From IMG/VR virus record IMGVR_UViG_3300029288_000072, positions 1 through 64,000 of that record: 64,000 nucleotides of DNA; one strand, written 5' to 3'. Below are positions 44,765 to 57,011 of this stretch, piece after piece. The notes beneath the pieces were generated by a model. It made no database searches. It had not been told where the DNA came from and was given only the letters and a program-made list of their open reading frames with translations. Both the position numbers and the translations under genes were made by a program. This DNA comes from a virus (taxonomy: Duplodnaviria; Caudoviricetes). The first letter of the stretch is position 1; each line of letters opens with the position of its first letter.

Positions 44765-45781
44765 CCAAAGAAAAACTTATATCTTTTTTAGACTTATTTA
44801 AAAAGGATATAGTACATTTTGCAGTATTAGTAGAAGAATATCCAAAGTTTATGGAAAGTGATTATCAAAATGCATATGATTATTTTAAATCAAAAGGAAT
44901 GATCATAGAAGTACAACAGCCATTAACTGATGTACAAATTTGTAAATTGTTAATTAAAAGTATTTTAGCACCAAAGGATTCTTCTCTTAAAAACGAAATG
45001 TTGTCGGTAAATGAAGAAGAAAAAGATATAGATTATTTGAAAAAATATCATATTAGAAATGTTTTATATAATAGTAGTGTTTTGAATGGTGAACAGATGT
45101 CAACCGATCCTAGACGAGTTAAAAATATATTAGACGAACTATTATCCGATTATAACAATTAAAGGAGTTTAAAATGAGACTTTTTCTTTTAAGAATGCTT
45201 ATTGGTATATGGTTTATACCATTAATGACCATATTAGGATTTCCTATGGCATATTTAATATATGGATACGATGAAGCAAAAAATGCTGTTAAAGGAATTG
45301 CTCATGATTTTTGGTTTGGAATGGATTAATGATTTTTAAACACACCCACGAACATTTAAAAAATGAAGATTATTGTTGGGCAATAGTTACTGGAAGTCAA
45401 TTTCCAGAGGCAGAACTCGTTAAAATAAGATATGATTCTTGTGATGAAAAATGGTATGTAGATAACGACGAGATTCCTATTAATCTTTATGTGTTTGGTG
45501 ATAAAATAGAACAACCATCTATATACGAAATAGATGGTGAAGAATGGAAGGTTAATAGACGACCATTCACACCAACAAAACTATAGCCATTTAACTGAAA
45601 TGACATATCATTTAACACCAAATACCAGTTTTTCTTTTAAACCAAATGAGTTTAAAATAATTAAACTTAAAAATAATTATAAAATAACAATACACAAAGA
45701 CGGATTAAACCGCATTTGTTATATTGATTTTAAAGATTCGTTTTCTTTGATATGGAAAGCATTCACCGAATACGAATCATT

Positions 45782-46735
45782 TTAATGGAAACATTTCCAT
45801 TTATTATTATAATCAATACAAACGTCTAAGCAGTTCTTTTTGCATATAGGATCTTTAGAAGTATCTGTAGTTTCAAACCATTGTTTTCTTTCATTTCTCA
45901 TTTCAGGACCAACATTACCTATATATTTTCCACCTTCACGCATGTAGATAATACATGGATAATGCTTTCCATCCATAACTGCCATATCATCTAATACTAA
46001 TGGGCATTTATGGTAGTCAGATGCTTGAATTCCTCTAACATATCTATTATTTTTTAGATTATCTAATCTATATTTTAAGATCTTACACTTATTTAAAACA
46101 TTCTCATTAATATTTGCATTTAATTTTAGATAATCTATTTGAGCGGCAGATATTATTCTAATATCAGAAACACCCATATCATATGCAAAATTAATTATTC
46201 CTGACAATTCATTTACATTATCATTTGTTAAAACAACACCAACGGTTGTATAAGTTAATTTAGAAACATATTTAATATTGTTAATGACAGTAATCCATTT
46301 ATCTTTTACTCCTGCCATCATATCACCCATTGTTGCACAACACGCATCTAATGAAATAGAAAAGTCATTTACACCAGCATTAATTAACTTTTGATAAAAT
46401 TCTGTTTGTGCGCTACCATTAGTAGATATCGCTATTCTTTCTACATTTAATGATTTTGTATATTTTATTAATTCTTCTAAACCATTCCATATAGTAGGTT
46501 CTCCACCAGAGAATCTAACATTTTTTAACCCACATTTAGACCATTCTAAAACTACATTCTTAGCTTCATCTAATGTAGTTTCTTTTTCTGGCCCCACTCC
46601 TCTACAATAAGGACATTTGAAATTACATCTTTTTGTTAACAACAGTTCACATCTATGTAACGGAGTTGTAGAAGATGCTACTTTTGCTCTTTCGTCTGAA
46701 AGAGTATAAAACCCAATTTCTTTTATATTATTCAT
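45782..46735 (-). CDS. Radical SAM protein
   Basis: CNFKCPYC, FSGGEPT, STNG, C-terminal Cys cluster. Confidence 0.9.
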   Translation of the reverse strand: MNNIKEIGFYTLSDERAKVASSTTPLHRCELLLTKRCNFKCPYCRGVGPEKETTLDEAKNVVLEWSKCGLKNVRFSGGEPTIWNGLEELIKYTKSLNVERIAISTNGSAQTEFYQKLINAGVNDFSISLDACCATMGDMMAGVKDKWITVINNIKYVSKLTYTTVGVVLTNDNVNELSGIINFAYDMGVSDIRIISAAQIDYLKLNANINENVLNKCKILKYRLDNLKNNRYVRGIQASDYHKCPLVLDDMAVMDGKHYPCIIYMREGGKYIGNVGPEMRNERKQWFETTDTSKDPICKKNCLDVCIDYNNKWKCFH

Positions 46736-47408
46736 TTATATAGTATATTGTAAGATTTTAAAAAGTCAAATATATTTTAATTGACTTTTTGTTGCCTATA
46801 GTTATACTTATATTGATCAATCACATATCATCAAAAGTCTTCATGCTAAATAATATGAAAAATAAATTTAAAATAGAAAAGATAAAATTTTATGATTATA
46901 TCTTGGTTAGGGTAAAATATAATAAAACAGTAAGAATATTTGAGAAAAAAGAGAAAAATTTGTTAATATATATGTGGATGGTTTTTTCTTTGGAACATAA
47001 AAAATGAAATTAACATTTGAAAATCTTGGAAAGAAATATCTTGGTGATGTTATTCTTGTTGACATCAAAGATGAACAATATATAATATACTGCGCATCAA
47101 CCGATGTTTTTGCCCAACTATGGACACTCTATACAAATAATTTAAGGAAAATAGTATGATTTCGGAGTTATTATTTAAAATTATTAGAGATACAAGATTA
47201 AAACTTATTACTCGCGGAGACGATCAATCTGTTATAAGAATTGAATTATCATCTGATGATCATGATGAATTAGAAAAAGAATATAATTACCCTTTATTTG
47301 GAACATCATTTCACTTTTATCAAACTTCTGTCACACAATCACACGATAATAAATCATATATTGTATTAAAATATAATGATTTGGAATATTCTAGAAAAGA
47401 AATTATTA

Positions 47409-48134
47409 ATGGCAATTTGGTTTCAAACATATAATAATCAATTTGAAGATGATTATGTTTTTGCTGCATATTTGGGATTTAAACTCATCTCAAATAATAT
47501 CAGATTTTTTGAAAATACTTCAGAAATATTATATAATAAAAACGATGTTGTAGTAGGAACAATAGAAAGTTCCCGATATATATTTAATAAATTGGGGATA
47601 TCTGTTCCTAATCTATACATTCCAGACGAATTATCAGAATTCACTGGAAGAAAAATAGAAAAATCTACTATTAAAGATGCATTAAATCGGTTTAAAAATA
47701 AAGAAAAAATATTCATTAAACCTGTTGTTGCTAAAAGATTTCCAGCACAGGTTGTTGATGGTTTGCCATTAATGACTTATGTTAATCAAAATTTTGACGA
47801 TACTATGGAATGTTGGATTTCAGAAGTAGTTAATTTTGTTAGCGAATATAGAATATTCTTAAATAATAATGAAATAATTGGATGTAAACATTATCTTGGC
47901 GATTATAAAATATTTTTAGACTGGAATATAATCGAAACTGCTGTAAAGAGTTTAAAATGTCAGCCAGCAGGATGGTGTTTAGATTTTGGTGTAACAGATG
48001 ATAATAAGACATTACTAATAGAAGCAAATGATGGGTATTCATTAGGAAATTATGGATTGGATACATCAGCCTATTGTAAATTGTTAAAGGATAGATGGAT
48101 TGAGTTGACAAGCGGAAAATGTGGTATTTTATGA
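47409..48134 (+). CDS. ATP-grasp (DUF4343/R2K-like) protein
   Basis: FIKP, SEYRIF, LDFG...LIEANDG. Confidence 0.8.
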   Translation: MAIWFQTYNNQFEDDYVFAAYLGFKLISNNIRFFENTSEILYNKNDVVVGTIESSRYIFNKLGISVPNLYIPDELSEFTGRKIEKSTIKDALNRFKNKEKIFIKPVVAKRFPAQVVDGLPLMTYVNQNFDDTMECWISEVVNFVSEYRIFLNNNEIIGCKHYLGDYKIFLDWNIIETAVKSLKCQPAGWCLDFGVTDDNKTLLIEANDGYSLGNYGLDTSAYCKLLKDRWIELTSGKCGIL

Positions 48135-48949
48135 GTAAAAAATATATTCTTTTAAACGATTTACAAACATATTGGATGAGATTTTGTATTCTGCGATTGT
48201 TTGAGAAAAAAGAAATAGATAAAGAAGAAGCATCTAATATGGAATCTGGATTATTAATTTATAATTTGACCGATAGTGCTAAATTTTATACAGAGTTAGC
48301 TGAAATAGAAATTGGTCATAAATTTTTAGATTTAGCTATTAGTTATATAGAAAAAAATTATTAAAATATAGATGAATAGAACTAAAATAATATAGATTGA
48401 CTATTAAAATTTTTATATTATAATATATAACTATAAGGAATAATAATGGAGTCTAAAGATTTTACAGAAGAAATAAAAACCTTTTTAGAACAATATAAAC
48501 AAAAAAATATGTTTATACAGGTATCTATGTTAAATACAGAAGTATTTCTTATTAAAGATATAAAGGATGATATTGATGAATATAAAAAATAAAATTTTAA
48601 AAATTTTTAATGAAAGAGAAAATGATGAAAAGCAAATATTAGATGCAGAAAACATTTATTATAAAATATTAAATAAATTCGAAAATAAATATAATGATCA
48701 TTAAACATGGTTATTTAGAAAAAATGCGTCTTCACTATTCTTCACCAAGTGAAGGTGTTTTTCAATTTTATTGGGAAATTTTTATTGAGTCTTTGACGGC
48801 AGACAATGAATGCATATGTTGTGAAATGCCAGGAAAAATAAGAAGACAAAACACAGGTTATAATAAAGATGAAAAAAATTTTGAATGCTTGTGTGAAAGA
48901 TGTCAAATAGAACGAGATTCATATTGGGCAGAAAGGTGGAACGAATATA

Positions 48950-49579
48950 ATGGCTCAAGAATGTAAAAATATACGAAAGGAATTTTCTTTTTTAGACGAT
49001 GATATATTGTCTGCATGGGAATTGTTTTCTGCAGAAGATTTATCTGAATATAACAAAAAAGCCTCTGTTTTCTTTCCTATAACTACAATTTTACCTTTTA
49101 ATATGTTACGATATACAACATCTGGGCAAAGTCCTGGATTGGATGTGATACGAAATGAAAAATTGTTTTATTGTAAATATACTCTTACATATTCGTTGAA
49201 AGAATGTTGTAAATACATATTGAATAATAATAAAATAAATAAAACTCAAATATCTGGCACTCCACATATACATATACTGAAAGCATCAAATAATATAGCA
49301 ATGAAAACTCGTAGGGGAGTAGGAAATTTTATAATTGGAAATAAAAAATTATTAGAAAAATTTTTTGGTGTTGATATTCCACATTCTCCATTTCCAATCG
49401 GAAGATATAATATTATGACGACGAATTATATTGATAATAATATTATTATTGGATATACTGGAGGAAATAAAGATAGTTATATGGATTCTGGCCTTTGTAT
49501 ATTAAATGATAATAGATTTTATTGCCCTTGTGTTGGAAATAGCGGCGAAGAAAATTATTACGAGGTTTTATATGTTTAA
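48950..49579 (+). CDS. degenerate T4 gp23-like capsid-fragment protein
   Basis: ASNNIAMKTRRGVGNFIIG; IGYTG...MDSG. Confidence 0.55.
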   Translation: MAQECKNIRKEFSFLDDDILSAWELFSAEDLSEYNKKASVFFPITTILPFNMLRYTTSGQSPGLDVIRNEKLFYCKYTLTYSLKECCKYILNNNKINKTQISGTPHIHILKASNNIAMKTRRGVGNFIIGNKKLLEKFFGVDIPHSPFPIGRYNIMTTNYIDNNIIIGYTGGNKDSYMDSGLCILNDNRFYCPCVGNSGEENYYEVLYV

Positions 49580-52500
49580 CGTAAAAATAGTAGAAACTGA
49601 TTTGGTTATTATATTCTCAAAAGATATATTTGCCCAAAAATGGATAGAATTTTGTCGAGAGAATTTCTATCAAAAATTGTAAAATATATTGACATTAAAT
49701 TTTCTTGAAGTATAATAAAAACATGCCAGTTAATATGTACATTATTGAGAGAAAAGATGTAATCTTGGTTAAAACCAAAGATACATATTGTATAATTATA
49801 AAATCCGACAAAAATGTTTTTTCCCATATGTGGGCATTTTTTTCCAAAATATATAAAAGATAATAATGATTAAATTAACAAAAAAAGAAGAAAAGAAAAA
49901 GAATAAAAGAATATCATTATTCATTAATATGTTTGGAAAAATGTATAATAATGGTATTGCTAAAAATGTTTTTGTAGATTTATGGAAAATATGGACTTCT
50001 TGATATGTATTCTTTAATGGAAAAAATAAAAATACAATATATCTATTTTAATAAACAATATAGATATATAATAGAAATTAATAATAATGATTATAATTTA
50101 TTAAAAATAATTGAGGAATTTAATAAAATTTACAATATTGGAACAATTGAAAGAACATATGAGTCGTTAAATTACAAATTTGTATTTAAAGATACGATTA
50201 ATATATTATCAAATACATTTATTTTGTTTAACTATATACATTCTTTAACATCAATATATCATACTGTCTATACATATGTAAAAACAAATCTTCATAAACC
50301 ATTTAACAATATTAAATGGAAGATTACTAATACTAAAGTAGATTTACATAAAGATAAATTAGGTATTAAATATACTTTAAAAGGATATAAAGATAAAATT
50401 AAACAAACTATTAAAGTTTTTGAAGATTCAAATGGTAATATGGAAGTAATATGGAATTAATTTTAGGATATATATTTGCATTAATAGGAAATCTTTTAGT
50501 AGCACTAAATTCTACTAAAAATAGATTTATTGGATATTCTTTTTGTATGATTTCTTGCATTTGTTTTTTATATCATGGTTTGGTTGTACAATATAGTGAT
50601 ATCATCTGGATTTTTCTATTATACATAGGCATAAATACAATAGGATTATTTAAAAACAAGGATATATTTTGCAAACCTACCATTCAATAAAATATTTGTT
50701 ATGTCGCAATATAAATGATCATAAACAATTTATTTTATATATATTTAATAATGAAACTGATAAAACTTTATTATTTATTACAAATCCTTTTTCTGCTGCA
50801 TGGATACATTTTTGTTTAAATGCAGGGAAATAAAAATTTATATTGACAAAATTAGGTTTTGAGATATAGTGGGGTTAAACAAGAAAGGAATTACCATGAT
50901 TAATTCCATTAAATCTAGCCTCGGTAAAGTAACTAATCAGTTTCTAAAAGATAGAAACTTATTTGAAGAAAAGAATATAAAATACATTTCAAGAATAATT
51001 GATGATTGGATATCGCATCATGTATATGTTACTACATTTAAAAAACAAATACATATAGAAGAATTAAATGATTGGAAACTTGATTGTGAGTCTCCTATGG
51101 CATATAATTTATACCATAAAAACAAATTAGTTTCTAGATTAAAATTTGAGTTTGTTTTTAATACAAAAACAATGCTTCTTTTAACGCATGTATCTGATAT
51201 AAAAGGATTTACGTCGAAATTTGAAAAGGAATTAATATGAAAAAAATACCTATTAAAGCTGCAAAAGAAATATCAAAAGAATATAATCAAGATCAAGTTA
51301 TTCTTTTAACATTCGATAAAAAGACTGGCCTAACTCATGTAGTAACATATGGTAAAACAAAAGAAGATTGTATCCAGGCTGCACAGGGAGGAAACTTAAT
51401 AAAAGAAAAGATTTTAAAATGGCCAGCAGATAAATGTACTGCAGTTCCTTCCCGTTCAGAATGGAAATGGGAAAAGACAGATCAGAAACTACAATTTTCA
51501 GATGCTAAATCAGAAGATATTGTTTGGGTTTGTTTTGACGATGAAGAAAATGGATATCATGAAGGATTCGCCAGATTAATAGAAGGATCAGATTGTTTTT
51601 ACTTTGATCCTCCTATACAAAAAGATTGTCCAAGAGTATTATATTATGCTGGTAGTGCGGACTGGACAAAAACATCCAGTTGGGTAGAAGTCTATAAATG
51701 TAAGGAAATAAAATGAAAAATTCAATTAAAGACATAATAAATGTATATAATAAACAATTAGAAGAAGTTAAATTTATTCTTTATTTATTGAATTGGATTA
51801 ATCATTGTCCAAATGTTTTAAAACATTTTGTTTCGGATAAAATAAAAAATAATGCTAAAAGAATAGGTGAAATGTATTATGATAAAAATAACAAAGAAGA
51901 ATTTCATAATATTTGTTTAATTATAGAAAGTGGAGTTTTCAATACAAAGAATATCACAATTAAATCAAACGGAATACATAATTATATTGACTACAAAGAA
52001 AAAGGTGATAAAATAGCTACTAAGAAAGATATTATAAAGTTCATAAAAACATATAAGGATATTAAAAAGATATGAAATTATTTTTGTTAATTATATTAAT
52101 GTTATTAAGTTTTTGTTCTGCTAGATTTCTTCCAACAGAAGAAACTAATATGGTTAACAATGACCAAGAATGTATACAGGAAGGATTTACAATATTTAAA
52201 CTTGATTTTTGATTATGTTATATAAAAAAGATAGTATAAACAAAATAATAATTAAAAAAGATACAATAAAAAAGCCAATAGACATTAAACTGGAATGTCC
52301 TATTTGTAAATCAGTAAATAATTGTAAAGATAGAGAAATAGAATTACCTGGATGGATTCACGAAAAAAGGATATTCTGGATATTTTCATGATAAATTTTA
52401 AAGAAGTGAAATATCTTTCAAATACAAATGATAATATTTTTTTATTGATGTTTAATTTGGATGTTGATATTCTTGTATCTTATACAGAAGATAATAGTAT

Positions 52501-52664
52501 TGATATATTTGAAAAAACGTATAAGAAAGGAATGCCGATAGTATTAAAGAATACTAAAGATTTATTGCTGTCTGCATGGAAATTATATACAATGTTTAAT
52601 GATTATGTTCCTAAGAAAAATGAATATTTTGATTTAAAATCATTAAATCTAAAGGAGGTTAAAA

Positions 52665-53015
52665 ATGAAAATTAGGACAGATTTTGTAACGAACTCAAGT
52701 TCAAGTTCTTTCATTATAATGAAAACATTTCCAAATGATGAAAAGGGAAAAGCATTTGAAGAAATATGGAATAAAATGATTGATTCTTGGTCATTGCGAT
52801 CACATGAGGATTTTGACGCAGAACCAATAACAACAGTTGAAGAATTAAAGTCTCGTTTATTTTCTGAATATCACGATGAAATTAAGGATATTGCTCCATA
52901 TATATTTTCAAATCAAATAATTTATATTCATTGTGATAATCATTCATTAATTAGAACAATTATAAACTCATTTATTAAAGCAGATTTAATAAAATCTCTA
53001 TGGAGTGACGAATGA
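52665..53015 (+). CDS. MKIRTDFVTNSSSSSF-family protein
   Basis: N-terminal motif. Confidence 0.8.
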   Translation: MKIRTDFVTNSSSSSFIIMKTFPNDEKGKAFEEIWNKMIDSWSLRSHEDFDAEPITTVEELKSRLFSEYHDEIKDIAPYIFSNQIIYIHCDNHSLIRTIINSFIKADLIKSLWSDE

Positions 53016-53305
53016 AAATCAGAACAGATTTCGTAACTAACTCAAGTTCAAGTTCATTTGTAATATTTAGGAAAGATATAACTCCTATTCAATTAGAAAT
53101 GTTATTAAATTATATACATATAATTAAAACCTTTGGTGATAAGATACCGAATTTAGAATATCCTGATACTCATGATTCTTGGGAAATAGATGTAAATGAT
53201 GAAAAAGTCACAGGATTTACATGTATGGATAATTGGGGATTTGATAGTTTTCTAGAATATATAGGATTAGACATGGAAAAGGTTAAATACGAAAACGATG
53301 GCTAA
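53012..53305 (+). CDS. MKIRTDFVTNSSSSSF-family protein (tandem paralog)
   Basis: Identical 16-aa N-terminus. Confidence 0.8.
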   Translation: MKIRTDFVTNSSSSSFVIFRKDITPIQLEMLLNYIHIIKTFGDKIPNLEYPDTHDSWEIDVNDEKVTGFTCMDNWGFDSFLEYIGLDMEKVKYENDG

Positions 53306-53764
53306 ATTACGGTTTCAAATAGGGAAAACCTATATGTTTAAACGAGGTTATCTTGTTGGCGAGGATTCTTCTTCTAAAGAGTTAACAGATTGTTTATGGA
53401 TTAATAATCCATCTGAAATACTATATTTCGTTGATAATAAAGGGACGCGATGTAGTACAAAATTATATATTATATCAACAAAAAATTTTATAGCTAGAGC
53501 ATTTTAAATATATGCATTAAATAAAGAATTGTTTTAAATATTATGTTAAAATTTAATTATACATATGATAATAGATTAAATAGTTATATTTGTACTATAA
53601 CAGCAGTAGATAATATAAAAATTAAATATAAATACAAAAATAAATATTTAGAGGCAGATTCAATAACACTAAATAACAATATTTTTTCTAATCTTTTTGA
53701 AATTTGGTATTTAAATTTAAACAATTAATTATAAATAATAATTATAACCATACTGGAGAACTGC

Positions 53765-55033
53765 ATGGAAATTCGCCATCGGCTTCAAAAAATATTCTAT
53801 GAACATGTAGAATTAAGTGAAGAAGAACGTTTTTCTACTGCAATACAGAAAGAATTAGAAGAAGAATATAACAATTTGCTATCATCTACTCCAAAAACGG
53901 ATCAAAATACACCAGAACAGGAATTGGAAGCATTTACAGACACATTAAAAGAATTGGCTATTTCTCCATTAGATAAAGAAACAGTTCCCGTCATAATTAA
54001 TATGACTATTAGTAAAGCTAAAGAAGGACTGTCAACAGAACATATTTTAAAATTTTTAAAAACAAAGTTTAAGATAGATGCAGAACTTGAAGGACAACTT
54101 TCTACTATTTTGAAGAAATTGACTGATGTAAATCCGTTAGTAGAAGAAGCACAACAAATGGTACAGGATATATTACCAAAATTAGTATTAGTATTTAAAC
54201 CATCATGTGGTATGAACAGTCCGGAATTTGTAGATCGTTCCAAAGATCATTTAATGAAATATATTGATCGTATTAATGGAAAAAAAGTAGAAATAAATCA
54301 AGCATTGAAAGAAATGAAAGCATTATTTACCTTAGATTCTGATTTAGAAAAGCAAGTAGAGTCTATTTTTCAGAAGTCTATAACACCTATAGTCGAAACA
54401 CAAAATCCACCACAATCATCTCCTAGTACAAATGATGCTCCTGCAACAACAGGATCACCATCTACAAATGATTCAGAAATTCCAACAGAAACTCCTATGG
54501 AAGAAGAAAATGGTAAAGCTGGATTTTATGTGGAATATAGAAATCTTTTTGAAGATGTTGATAATATTGCAGAAAGAATAGTTGAAAAAGAAGGTCTAAA
54601 AGAAGAAAATAATGATGCGTTTGGATATACACATTTAAGAGAAACAATCGCAGAGGCATCTTCGGTCGCAATGAGATATGGTGCTAATAAATATCCTAAA
54701 ACTGTATGCCTAGAAGATATAGAAAAAATAATTAATGAAGAATTTAATATAAAAGATCAAGAATTAGTAGAAGAATTAAAAAATACAATAAGACATGCAT
54801 ATGAAATCGGCGAAAATTATTCACAAGATTTTTTAAAGAATTCAGACCTTCATAATGAATGTAAATCAATAGATATGACAATTTCTATGAATGAAATTGT
54901 CGATATATTTGCAGAAAAAGAGAATGAAGAAGAACTTGTTGAAATAGAAAAGGTTGATGATATAATAGAAGAACCAATAACAGAAAAAGATGCATATAGA
55001 GAAAAATTAAATCGTCTTTTTTCTGATGACTGA
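53765..55033 (+). CDS. acidic 422-aa protein, possibly late-expressed
   Basis: GGAG SD; TATAAATA box at 53730. Confidence 0.75.
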   Translation: MEIRHRLQKIFYEHVELSEEERFSTAIQKELEEEYNNLLSSTPKTDQNTPEQELEAFTDTLKELAISPLDKETVPVIINMTISKAKEGLSTEHILKFLKTKFKIDAELEGQLSTILKKLTDVNPLVEEAQQMVQDILPKLVLVFKPSCGMNSPEFVDRSKDHLMKYIDRINGKKVEINQALKEMKALFTLDSDLEKQVESIFQKSITPIVETQNPPQSSPSTNDAPATTGSPSTNDSEIPTETPMEEENGKAGFYVEYRNLFEDVDNIAERIVEKEGLKEENNDAFGYTHLRETIAEASSVAMRYGANKYPKTVCLEDIEKIINEEFNIKDQELVEELKNTIRHAYEIGENYSQDFLKNSDLHNECKSIDMTISMNEIVDIFAEKENEEELVEIEKVDDIIEEPITEKDAYREKLNRLFSDD

Positions 55034-55420
55034 AAGGTTCTTAAATGCAACAATTAAAATTAGATAATATAAAATTAAATGTGGAACCACATTCTGCATC
55101 AAAGGATTTTTGTATTTTAACTTTAAAAACGTCCATAAATGGAATGGAATATTCGGAATCAATATCAGTATATTCTAAGTTTATATTTGATAATATGGAT
55201 TCAAATAGTCAATCAAATGCTTTAGATGAAATAGTTTCTAAATTATCGTATGATTTAGTTTCTAAAGCATATTTGTCACTAGATAAAAGAGTTAAATCAT
55301 CTTGTGATATGAAAAAAGTTTTAGAGTCTATGAAATCATTATTATCTTGACTCTATTTGTTGTTCTGGTATAATAGTTAAATCAACGCAAGCCATATCTT
55401 ATTATAAAAAGGAGAAAATC

Positions 55421-55609
55421 ATGGCATCAGTTCGTTATTTTGTAAAGAGCAATACTCACAAGTCTTATATTGCTCGTCGCACACGTACCAGTCCTACAGG
55501 TCGTCGTTATGCATGGACTAGCAATCGTTCAAATGTAGTATATTTTACTAATCGTAATGCTGCATACAACGTTGCCCGTCGTTATGGTGGTCGTATCGTA
55601 ACTGCTTGA
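55421..55609 (+). CDS. small Arg-rich basic protein
   Basis: Promoter, AAGGAG SD and terminator. Confidence 0.75.
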   Translation: MASVRYFVKSNTHKSYIARRTRTSPTGRRYAWTSNRSNVVYFTNRNAAYNVARRYGGRIVTA

Positions 55610-55624
55610 TACAATCATAAGTAT

Positions 55625-55661
55625 AGAATCGCCATAGGTTTATATGCCTATGGCGATTCTA
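55625..55661. terminator. Hairpin between convergent genes
   Basis: AGAATCGCCATAGG-loop-CCTATGGCGATTCT. Confidence 0.75.
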
Positions 55662-56901
55662 TTTGACATTTAAAATAATGTCTTATTATTTTATAAATTC
55701 CCGCATATGAATAACCCAATTCTATTGATATTTCTTTTATAGTTAAACCATTTTTATAAAGTATAATACTTTGTTCTTTTATATTTTTTGCTTTTTCGTA
55801 TCTCAATACATAATTTAAATCAATTTTATCCCATTTTCTTAATAATAGAGGAATATTTAATGTTAATGCTTTTTCTTTAAGTTTTGTTATTAATAACATT
55901 TTTGTAAAATTTAAAGTTGCATATCCGCTATTATTTATTTTTGTTAGTTTATTGGAAGATTCTTTTAAAATAATGTTATAAATTTTATTTTCTATAAATT
56001 TTAAATTTTCGATCCAAGATGAATGACATTTTATTGTAATTATATTTGATTTTCTTCCGCTTTGAAATTTAATACATCCATCACCATCTATAAATCCACA
56101 TATTAAACTAATCCACTGATCATCAGTAAGGTTATAATTGTTAAATATTGGAGGATTATATGTTTTTGTATTACTTATTTCATATTTTTGTACTACTTCT
56201 GGAATAATATCTTTATTCTGACAGGACAACACAGATTTGTGTTCATAGTTAATAACTTTTGTATTTAAAACACCAGAAATTTTTATTAAATGGTCTTTAT
56301 CTTTTTCTGATACAGTTATACTCAATCTACTATTTTTTATGTCAATATGCCCATCTGCTAAAATAAATCCAATTATATACATAATATCATTAGTTTCTTT
56401 TAATAAACATTCTAAATTACTTTTTCTAAAAAATTTATATGATCTTTTAAATTTTTTGTTTGATGATTTTTTATATAGATTATGTGCTTTTAAAACAATA
56501 GCATCCCATGATCGGTTTAAAGTATTTAAAATAAATTTTTTATCTTCATTTTTATAATTTTCTTTTAAAAATATAATTTCTTCTGGTGTCCATGGTTTAT
56601 TTTTTCTAATTAATTTTAGTAAATTTGCTTTTTGTAAAATACTTGTATATTTTCTATTAGGTAATAGCTTTTCTAATTCCTTTTTTGGTTTATAAAAATT
56701 TTCTTTTAATAATAAAATTTCTTCTTTTGTCCATTCATTATGGTGTTTTCTTTTTATTCTACATTTTATTTTTAGTTTTTTCTTTTTTGATATTATACTT
56801 TTTAATGATCTTTTTGGAAACAATTTAATAAGATAATTTTTATCAATTATACTTGGCAATGATTTTAAATTATTAAGTTCATATTCAGACCATGGTTCCA
56901 T
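55648..56901 (-). CDS. Free-standing LAGLIDADG homing endonuclease with N-terminal W(T/S)xEE repeats and C-terminal HTH
   Basis: YIIGFILADG and LICGFIDGDG. Confidence 0.85.
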   Translation of the reverse strand: MEPWSEYELNNLKSLPSIIDKNYLIKLFPKRSLKSIISKKKKLKIKCRIKRKHHNEWTKEEILLLKENFYKPKKELEKLLPNRKYTSILQKANLLKLIRKNKPWTPEEIIFLKENYKNEDKKFILNTLNRSWDAIVLKAHNLYKKSSNKKFKRSYKFFRKSNLECLLKETNDIMYIIGFILADGHIDIKNSRLSITVSEKDKDHLIKISGVLNTKVINYEHKSVLSCQNKDIIPEVVQKYEISNTKTYNPPIFNNYNLTDDQWISLICGFIDGDGCIKFQSGRKSNIITIKCHSSWIENLKFIENKIYNIILKESSNKLTKINNSGYATLNFTKMLLITKLKEKALTLNIPLLLRKWDKIDLNYVLRYEKAKNIKEQSIILYKNGLTIKEISIELGYSYAGIYKIIRHYFKCQIESP

Positions 56902-57011
56902 ATTATTTTATCTCCAAATAGTATTTATATCATGTGTATCAAAAAATAAATATTGACATATATTTTTACTATGATATAATGTTAAAACAACCAGCAAATA
57001 AAGGAAAAACG

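Noticed and set aside
55648-56901. Intron or intein host for the LAGLIDADG gene
   Set aside because: It has its own start, SD and terminator and is antisense to its neighbours; no split host gene seen
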